Made by a program: the position numbers and the translations under genes. A DNA stretch of 20,000 bases from the IMG/VR virus record IMGVR_UViG_3300024258_000016, one strand, 5' to 3'. This document shows, piece by piece, positions 7,596 to 14,223 of this stretch (positions within the stretch are counted from its first letter, which is position 1; the number at the start of each line of letters is the position of its first letter). The notes beneath the pieces are model-generated. The model had not been told where the DNA came from, did no database searches, and was given only the letters and a program-made list of their open reading frames with translations. Source of the stretch: an uncultured virus (IMG/VR IMGVR_UViG_3300024258_000016). Lineage: Duplodnaviria > Heunggongvirae > Uroviricota > Caudoviricetes.

Positions 7596-7787
7596 TTATC
7601 CTATAATATGGACTAATAACGGCACAATGCGGTCGTGCTTATACCAAGCTAAGTCTTCTGTGAATGTTCTTCCTCCTTCTGTCCCGTTCAGAGCCATTAC
7701 AAGATAATGAGTCTTTCGAATTTCAAGTATCATTTCGTATCGTTTATACTCTTTATAGTAATAAATTGTACCAAATTTAAGTTCCAT
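7596..7787 (-). CDS. Short paralogous hypothetical protein (array member 1)
   Basis: Likely start MELKFGTIYYYKEYKRYE...LNG...TFTE...W, similar to member 3. Confidence 0.7.
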   Translation of the reverse strand: MELKFGTIYYYKEYKRYEMILEIRKTHYLVMALNGTEGGRTFTEDLAWYKHDRIVPLLVHIIG

Positions 7788-8067
7788 ATCTGCACCAAAT
7801 CCAAGTTCCTTTACTATTACATGTGTTTGAGATGACAAGGAATCTCGTTTTACATTTTGAACATCTTAGTTCTTCAATGTTTTCAATACCCTGTCTCTTC
7901 CTTCTCCATCTTGTATACCATTTTACCTTATCCGTAATAGAATTGCAAGAACAAATTGGACAGATTTTAAAATGTTGACCATCCTCTTCATACAATTTGC
8001 CATACCACCAAACTCTTGGAGATACGTTAATTAATTTACATGGAGGAATAAACTCATCATTACTCAT
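7777..8067 (-). CDS. Putative zinc-ribbon protein
   Basis: Likely start MSNDEF at 8067, overlapping the upstream stop; CPIC...CSKC pairs. Confidence 0.7.
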   Translation of the reverse strand: MSNDEFIPPCKLINVSPRVWWYGKLYEEDGQHFKICPICSCNSITDKVKWYTRWRRKRQGIENIEELRCSKCKTRFLVISNTCNSKGTWIWCRYGT

Positions 8068-8311
8068 CGTCAAAAGAACCGTAGTAACAGTTACTATCTT
8101 CTTGGTGTTTTGTTTCATTGTCAACACCACACACAATCTTCCACTCATCACTTCTTGAGGTTACTGTTGCATACGGACATTCCCTCGAACACCAAAAAGC
8201 ACTATCATACCATACTGGATTGGGTTTCTTATCCAATTTTAAACACAATGCTTCAATTGCATTCTCCAAATTCTTGATATACTCTTCTGTTTCTCTTTCG
8301 ATATCCAACAT
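8060..8311 (-). CDS. Small Cys-rich hypothetical protein
   Basis: 83 aa with GAGGAG RBS; helical N-terminus, then C-x3-CP...C...C. Confidence 0.75.
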   Translation of the reverse strand: MLDIERETEEYIKNLENAIEALCLKLDKKPNPVWYDSAFWCSRECPYATVTSRSDEWKIVCGVDNETKHQEDSNCYYGSFDDE

Positions 8312-8322
8312 TTTATTCTCCT

Positions 8323-9477
8323 CTATTCATCTTTTATAGGAATACCATTATTGTTGCCTTCGACATCATAAAAGTCTGACGCCTTCCCCGTCTTGTGAGC
8401 AAACTTGTAAATCAATTCCTCATCAAGAAGTTCAACTACACGATTATAGAATTTCTCTTCTTTTAATTTTTCAATCCACTCTGATTGCCTCCACTTCCCA
8501 CTATTTGTTCCGTCAGCATAATCAAGAGTATTCCACGCTCCTGGATGAAAATGTTCTGATGATCGAATAGCTTCGAACCAAGATTCTTCATCCTGCACTG
8601 CAAGTTTGTCTCCACCCCAAAGGATCTTGAAGATCGCTTGTCTCCATTGAGTACCAAATCTTGACTTAATGATTGTAGCTTTTACTTCCGATCCGATCCT
8701 AAACCCATTATCATCTTCTACGAATGAAGATTTAGCAGCCCTACCTTCTAACCAGATTCTCAAAGAATAGGCATAAGTTAACGACTTTCCTCCTGGTGTG
8801 AAATATTTTTCTTTAATTGTTGCATATTTCATATTAATCGAAGAATCAATGTTGATCTTCAACTGATTAAGAACTAACAATGTCGATTCGTGATTCGCAA
8901 TTGGAATCAATAGCTTTCGCAATCCTTTAGACATAACTCGGGCTTTGACTGCAACATCTTCGGCAGGATTGAAAGTCCCTGTCATATCTGAATTTGTTGG
9001 TGTTTGTGCTAAAGAATCAAAAACAAACAATGTTCGATTAGGAGACGATCCCAATACATCTTCAATAGTTTCAAGAACAAATTCGCAAGATGTTGCTTGA
9101 ACATACACAAGCTTTTCCAAATCACATCCAATTTGTTCAAGAAAATCGGGATCAATTGCAGATTCTGAATCGAAATAAATCACATCCATCCCTTGTTCAA
9201 GAGCGTTTGCTGCAATTTGCGCTGCCATGTAAGATTTGCCAACAGATTCTAATCCTGCCAATTCTACAATCTTGCCAATTGGGATCCCTCCCACTCTTCC
9301 AGATGCAATGACATTATCTAACCATTTACTTCCTGTTGGAATCCATCCCTTTACTTCTGTTGGGTTTTCGTCTTTATCGAGGTTGAAGGCAACATTCATT
9401 CCTGCCTTCTTATTGATCATCTTTCGAATGTCAAAAGCAGTTGACACTTTTACTGCCTCTTTCTTCTTCTTTGCCAT
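8323..9477 (-). CDS. recA: RecA/UvsX-like recombinase
   Basis: IPTGS..LD, Walker A GLESVGKS, YFDSE, Walker B LFVFDS, LNQL, TPGGK, KSRFG. Confidence 0.95.
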   Translation of the reverse strand: MAKKKKEAVKVSTAFDIRKMINKKAGMNVAFNLDKDENPTEVKGWIPTGSKWLDNVIASGRVGGIPIGKIVELAGLESVGKSYMAAQIAANALEQGMDVIYFDSESAIDPDFLEQIGCDLEKLVYVQATSCEFVLETIEDVLGSSPNRTLFVFDSLAQTPTNSDMTGTFNPAEDVAVKARVMSKGLRKLLIPIANHESTLLVLNQLKINIDSSINMKYATIKEKYFTPGGKSLTYAYSLRIWLEGRAAKSSFVEDDNGFRIGSEVKATIIKSRFGTQWRQAIFKILWGGDKLAVQDEESWFEAIRSSEHFHPGAWNTLDYADGTNSGKWRQSEWIEKLKEEKFYNRVVELLDEELIYKFAHKTGKASDFYDVEGNNNGIPIKDE

Positions 9478-9510
9478 TTATTATTCTCCCTTCTTGTTAA
9501 TAATAGCACT

Positions 9511-9548
9511 TGTGGAGGGATAGGCTTAAACTATACTATCCCTCCACA
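9511..9548. other. Perfect 13-bp inverted repeat (hairpin) between ssb and recA
   Basis: tgtggagggatag (9511-9523), 12-nt loop, ctatccctccaca (9536-9548). No U-tract follows it on the coding (minus) strand. Confidence 0.8.
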
Positions 9549-9572
9549 TTATTTATCCAATCTTATGTGTTC

Positions 9573-10367
9573 TTATACTTCATCCAATTCTGCAAACTTG
9601 CGGTCAATCTCGTCTGCTTCCGGGTCTGATGATGGCTGATCTTCTCCTTTTGGAGTTTGTGTAGCATTCTTCTCAACAGGAGGGGCATCATTTAGCCCAA
9701 GAGACTCGTCAAGCTTCTCTTGGATCTCGTCTCTTGTCAGTCTTCGCATTTGTTCCATAATATTGGGAATCGAAGACATAATGCCCTGCACCTCTTCTGC
9801 AGTCTCTGCCAACTTGCTTGGCATTCGTCGAGGGTCGATGACAGTATCAGGATACAACTTTCCTTCTGCCGTTGCATGAAACACTGTCAAGTCTGTCCCC
9901 GTCTCTGAGTCTGTAAGATCTCCATAGTCAGGGTTTGTGAACTTACGAGTAAGTTCTGCCGCAACTGTCTTACTATATGACCAAATTCGAGGACCATCCT
10001 CTTCCTTTCCTCTTACTAGTACTGGAGAATACCAACGCTGATTGGCGAACATCTTAATAGCCTGTCGCTTCATTGTCTCATCACCAGTTTCCTTGCTCTT
10101 CTGGAACAGTTCTGTTGCCCAATCGCATACAGGACAATCCTCCCCAAAATTCTTTCGAGGACAAAGGAATGATGCAATTGTCTTTCCATTCTTTGTCAAA
10201 TAATGAAGATGATAAGTCTCCCAAGCATCGCCATTAACCTCCAACATTCGGAACACTTGTGGTTCCTTTGTAACCTTTGCAAAAAGATTATCTTTCTTGT
10301 CCTCGCCGGAACCTCCAGCTTTGAAACTCTTGGCACGATCTGCCATCTTACCTAAATTAACTCCCAT
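9573..10367 (-). CDS. Single-stranded DNA-binding protein, T4 gp32-like
   Basis: H...CP...CPVC zinc site, R-W-Y-x-P-V-L-V-R-G, YGDLTD...GTDL, acidic C-terminal tail (DEIDRKFAELDEV); adjacent to recA; AGGAGG RBS. Confidence 0.85.
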   Translation of the reverse strand: MGVNLGKMADRAKSFKAGGSGEDKKDNLFAKVTKEPQVFRMLEVNGDAWETYHLHYLTKNGKTIASFLCPRKNFGEDCPVCDWATELFQKSKETGDETMKRQAIKMFANQRWYSPVLVRGKEEDGPRIWSYSKTVAAELTRKFTNPDYGDLTDSETGTDLTVFHATAEGKLYPDTVIDPRRMPSKLAETAEEVQGIMSSIPNIMEQMRRLTRDEIQEKLDESLGLNDAPPVEKNATQTPKGEDQPSSDPEADEIDRKFAELDEV

Positions 10368-10380
10368 CTTGAACCTCCTT

Positions 10381-10683
10381 TTATACCTTTGTCAGTTTGT
10401 ATGTGACGCCTTCAATTGTCACAGTTTGTCCTTCACATGAAGGATTTAATTTTTTGTTATAGTCTTCTTCTGTGTATTTTAGACCTTCAATATACCATTT
10501 TTTCCTGCCATCGGTGTAAATGGCAGCAGGGCCGTCAATGCGATGACACTTGCCATTTTGATACCAAAATTTGGCACCGTCAGCGTCTTTGATGGCAGGA
10601 CCATCATTGCGGTGATAAACACCATCTTCGTTATACCAAATAGTGGTACCCTTGTCGTTGATCGTTACTCTATACACTTCCAT
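10381..10683 (-). CDS. HRxDGPA-repeat (MORN-like) protein
   Basis: Repeats WY.xxG.xHRxDGPA (HRNDGPA, HRIDGPA); C-terminal VTIEGVTYKL. Confidence 0.8.
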   Translation of the reverse strand: MEVYRVTINDKGTTIWYNEDGVYHRNDGPAIKDADGAKFWYQNGKCHRIDGPAAIYTDGRKKWYIEGLKYTEEDYNKKLNPSCEGQTVTIEGVTYKLTKV

Positions 10684-10952
10684 TACTTGGATTCTCCTTC
10701 TGTCAAATTAAATCTACTTTCACTAATTTCCAAATCTTCGACATCTCCAATTGCAGCCTTCCAATTGAAAATACGAAAACCATCTGCATCAAGATCATAA
10801 ACCAATTCCAATCCTTCTCCTAATGTTCGCTTCTTGCCAGTCCCTTTGACAAGTCCTTCCATTACCAACGTTGGCATGTCAGAAAGACGAACAAAGAACA
10901 TGTCCCTATTTTCCCCATTCTTCTTCTTAAATGTTCCACGATACGCCTTCAT
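10683..10952 (-). CDS. Small Sm/SH3-like beta-barrel protein (WYL_2/DUF2693-like)
   Basis: FKKKNGENRDM...VYDLDADGFRIFNW matches the F.K.dG..R.M...yD....gwRsF pattern; AGGAGG RBS. Confidence 0.65.
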   Translation of the reverse strand: MKAYRGTFKKKNGENRDMFFVRLSDMPTLVMEGLVKGTGKKRTLGEGLELVYDLDADGFRIFNWKAAIGDVEDLEISESRFNLTEGESK

Positions 10953-10978
10953 AGCAGCCTCCTTGATTGTTATAATAC

Positions 10979-11007
10979 ATTATACCCTAAGTTCCCCAAA
11001 TAGTCAA
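10979..11007 (-). promoter_or_regulatory. Sigma70-type promoter for the Sm-like/ssb/recA genes
   Basis: TTGACT (11007-11002), 17-bp spacer, TATAAT (10984-10979), then AGGAGG and ATG at 10952. Confidence 0.85.
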
Positions 11008-11053
11008 GTCCTTTCTTTTAATTTTTGTTCTCGCTCCTTGAAATACCTGTCCC

Positions 11054-11863
11054 TTAATAAGGCTGAATGTGAGAACTGAAAGCTTGAACGAAACAATAAC
11101 TACGTTCATAATCTGTGGAATATATACCATACGTTGTTTTGATCTTTCCATTATTTGACTGCTCCTTCATGTTGTCTTGGATAGTTGATAGCAACTCCCC
11201 ATCTTCTTTTAAAATGCTCTCAGGTACAGCATAATAATATCTCTTTTCTCTGATATTGTCAATAGGAAAATATAACAGATCTTTCTTTTCTTCAATGTCA
11301 AATGTACCAAACGTTGACATCCTTGCCGTCTTATAGACAGGACTCATATTGCCCATGAGAGGGGCTGTGTTGGTGTATACGTTGATCATATGGTAAGGGT
11401 AGGCTATCGCATCATTAATCTTACTTGTGTAGCCAATAATGGGCATATTGCCTAAAATGTGTGCCAACTGTCCTACAGATATAATTGACATATCTGTTAT
11501 TAATCCTGATCTAGCAAACTCTTGTAAAATATGGAATGTCGCCCTATCTTGTTTTAATGCAACTTCATCTGTTATGTTTAATATGTTTGGCTTAATGTAC
11601 AATACCTTTAATGACTTTTCCTTTACCTTTTCCATCAATGCCAAGGTCATTCCAGAAATGTATGATCCTCCTGTTACGATGAATGTCAATTCTTCATCCT
11701 TGTCGTTACACAATACCCCCATATTGAAATCAGATGCACTTGTCTCATATTCTTCTGGTGTTTGATTTCCTACTTCCATTATCTCTTTTAAATTATATTC
11801 TGGATATTGTGATAATTTTTTTGCCAACGCTATCGACTTTTCCCCTAGTGATATGATTTTCAT
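11054..11863 (-). CDS. Divergent tubulin/FtsZ-like protein
   Basis: N-terminal KIISLGEKSIALA (degenerate T1 loop I.GlG..G.nia), FIVTGGSYISG (degenerate GGGTGSG), then helix, VLYIKP strand, ...SIIS and INDAIA in tubulin/FtsZ order and spacing; 269 aa. Confidence 0.6.
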   Translation of the reverse strand: MKIISLGEKSIALAKKLSQYPEYNLKEIMEVGNQTPEEYETSASDFNMGVLCNDKDEELTFIVTGGSYISGMTLALMEKVKEKSLKVLYIKPNILNITDEVALKQDRATFHILQEFARSGLITDMSIISVGQLAHILGNMPIIGYTSKINDAIAYPYHMINVYTNTAPLMGNMSPVYKTARMSTFGTFDIEEKKDLLYFPIDNIREKRYYYAVPESILKEDGELLSTIQDNMKEQSNNGKIKTTYGIYSTDYERSYCFVQAFSSHIQPY

Positions 11864-13032
11864 ATATTTATTTTCTCCATTTCTCCAAAGTTTTTTCCCA
11901 TCTCAAGGGTTGATAGTATCTTCCCATATCTCGTATCTTCGAATATTCTCTTTATCTCTCGGACAAGCGATCTGTCTTCTCTATGTAGGTCGATTGCTAC
12001 ATTATCGTGTACCATAAATGACACAAAACTCTTCTTTCCTTTTAGTAGCTTTCTAATCTCGTATACTTGCTCAAGAAACATATCGGATGCTGTGCTTTGA
12101 ATGATATAGCTCAAAGCGTGATGGTCATCTGCCTTAATCTTTCTTCTAAAGTCTGTATATACTATACCATCGCGATAGTATTTGTCAAGGATTTTCTTTT
12201 TATCGTATGCAAACCCAAAATCTTGCACTTCAACGTGTTCTTCTCTTTCACTTCCATATAACCAAGCAAATGTCATCTTCTTTACTTCTGTTCTTGTCTT
12301 ATCTTTCTTTAATATTTGCCTATTGTGCTCGTGAATATCAATGCTTGGTTGCTTCTCACCATTTAGACCCAACAAAACGCGCAATTCTGCTGCATTATAA
12401 TCAAGATTGACGAACATGTCATTGTGAGGAACAATTACAACTCTATCTTCCTTCTTAATATTAAGAATTGGAAATGATTTACTATTAATCCCCAATCTGC
12501 CAGTTTTAGATGTAAATGGATTATAAGAAAGCACTCCTGATGGGCATTTGTTATAATTAATCATCTTTGCCATTCTCTTATCAATATTTAATGGCCTAAT
12601 ATCTGTGATTATCTTTATAATCTTCAACATATGATTGTAATTTTCTGGTTTATCGTAGGTATCGAATACATATTTGCATATTAGATCTTTAATTCTTGCA
12701 TATTCTCTTACAACTTTATCCGGCACAAGATCATAGAAACAATACTTATCCAAGTTGATCTTTGAAGTGGCAAAAGATCTATAGTATGCTTTCAATTTAT
12801 TGTTGATTTGTTTGAATTCTTCTTTTAACCCTTCTGGACATACTTGTGATGGTGTTTTACCTTCAGCATATAATTGTGCATATTCGATTGGTAGGTCTTC
12901 GAGATATGGGTAATAATTCCATGTATCTGTAATAATTGGCTTATCTACTTCTTCTAATTCGTAGAATGTTCCTTCAACACAGATACGCTTACAGTTGTAG
13001 TTTTTGTCATCTAATACTTGAAAAAGGGACAC
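11860..13032 (-). CDS. polA: Short family A DNA polymerase (polymerase domain, no evident exonuclease)
   Basis: KTGRL, motif A LDYNAAELRVL, motif B RTEVKKMTFAWLYG, IIQSTASD, motif C MVHDN; GTG start with AAGGAG RBS. Confidence 0.88.
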   Translation of the reverse strand: MSLFQVLDDKNYNCKRICVEGTFYELEEVDKPIITDTWNYYPYLEDLPIEYAQLYAEGKTPSQVCPEGLKEEFKQINNKLKAYYRSFATSKINLDKYCFYDLVPDKVVREYARIKDLICKYVFDTYDKPENYNHMLKIIKIITDIRPLNIDKRMAKMINYNKCPSGVLSYNPFTSKTGRLGINSKSFPILNIKKEDRVVIVPHNDMFVNLDYNAAELRVLLGLNGEKQPSIDIHEHNRQILKKDKTRTEVKKMTFAWLYGSEREEHVEVQDFGFAYDKKKILDKYYRDGIVYTDFRRKIKADDHHALSYIIQSTASDMFLEQVYEIRKLLKGKKSFVSFMVHDNVAIDLHREDRSLVREIKRIFEDTRYGKILSTLEMGKNFGEMEKINI

Positions 13033-13049
13033 AACTTCTCCTTATGATA

Positions 13050-14162
13050 TTATGTAATCTCTGTATTAATATACCACAAGGATCTTTGTATGTCAACGTG
13101 TTTCTTTAGAGTGAGTGCTTTTGATTTGATTTTTTTCTTTTCTTTATCGGAATAGTCATTTTGTGCTTCGATGAATTTGATATCAAGATAGGTGTTAAAC
13201 CAATAGTCGTCATTGTACTTTCTTGATACAACTCCAACTTCTCTTTGTCTTTGACAACATGTTCTCTCTTCAATGATGAAGTCTCCCTTCTCTCTTAAGA
13301 AGTCTTTATACGATTCTTCAATCATTTTTTGAAGTGTTGTTAACTCATCTCGATATACAATATTATAATATACTTCAAATATATTGTCAAGGGTAATCTC
13401 GTATGTGTCCATATATCTTTGCATCTTTGGAGAATTTAATTGTGCTACCAATCTCCAAGGGACATTCTTGTCAACTGCAAATCCAAACCTTTGCGCTTCG
13501 TTCTTATAAAAGCTGAACATATTGTCTTTAATGTATTTATTGTACTTCGCGTTGTCATCATCGTATGTCCCTTCTCCAATTTCGATAATGAGACCATTTG
13601 TTCTTTGAAAGAACATGTTTGATGTCAAAAATAAAGATTGAGTGATAGGAAGCATTTTACCATTAAGCATAAAAGATTTCAACAATTCCTTTACATAGTC
13701 GTTAAACGTTACAATCTTCTTATCATCTACAGAATCGAAAAGTGGTTTCTTGAAGACTCCTGTGAAATAATTTTCATATGTTGCATCCAAGCCTATCCAT
13801 CCTACTTTTGGAGTAATGTTCGTAAAGATACTTTTCTTGTCAAATGTTTTGTTATTTGATGCTCGTTCCATACTGGATTGGAATTCTTTAAAAGCATCTG
13901 CAACAAAATTTAATACTTGTATCTTATCTATGTTGACAAGATATTCCTCTTTTAATTTAATAGAATTCCCTTCCTTGTCAAGTAAACCGTAGTATTTATT
14001 TTCTTCCCAAAGATCAATAGTCCTGATATTTCTGACAAGTATGTTGTCTTTGTAATACTTTCTTTGTTTAAAGAGATCTGAAGATACAAGTTCATTACTT
14101 GCCTTTGGTAATTCGATCTTGCCTTTCTTATTTTTTCTTAATGTATTTGATGTTAAAATCAT
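13050..14162 (-). CDS. Hypothetical protein, last gene of the tail/baseplate block
   Basis: 370-aa ORF. Motifs FVADAF and GFAVDKNVPWRLVA look conserved, but function is not recognised. Confidence 0.8.
   Translation of the reverse strand: MILTSNTLRKNKKGKIELPKASNELVSSDLFKQRKYYKDNILVRNIRTIDLWEENKYYGLLDKEGNSIKLKEEYLVNIDKIQVLNFVADAFKEFQSSMERASNNKTFDKKSIFTNITPKVGWIGLDATYENYFTGVFKKPLFDSVDDKKIVTFNDYVKELLKSFMLNGKMLPITQSLFLTSNMFFQRTNGLIIEIGEGTYDDDNAKYNKYIKDNMFSFYKNEAQRFGFAVDKNVPWRLVAQLNSPKMQRYMDTYEITLDNIFEVYYNIVYRDELTTLQKMIEESYKDFLREKGDFIIEERTCCQRQREVGVVSRKYNDDYWFNTYLDIKFIEAQNDYSDKEKKKIKSKALTLKKHVDIQRSLWYINTEIT
13068..13096 (-). promoter_or_regulatory. Sigma70-type promoter for the polA/tubulin-like pair, inside the 3' end of the upstream gene
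   Basis: TTGACA (13096-13091), 17-bp spacer ending TGG (extended -10 TGn), TATATT (13073-13068). Confidence 0.75.
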
Positions 14163-14223
14163 TTTTATTTTGGCAACCCATCTTAGTCCAGACCTGGGTC
14201 TGAAACTGGGTATCCTCCATTAG

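Noticed and set aside
10381..10683. Repeat protein as a possible diversity-generating retroelement target
   Set aside because: No reverse transcriptase or template repeat in the window, and differences between the repeats are not confined to adenines.
9478..11053. tRNA or ncRNA in the two ~100-bp intergenic gaps
   Set aside because: No cloverleaf or T-loop motif seen; the gaps are explained by a hairpin plus RBS and by a promoter plus RBS.
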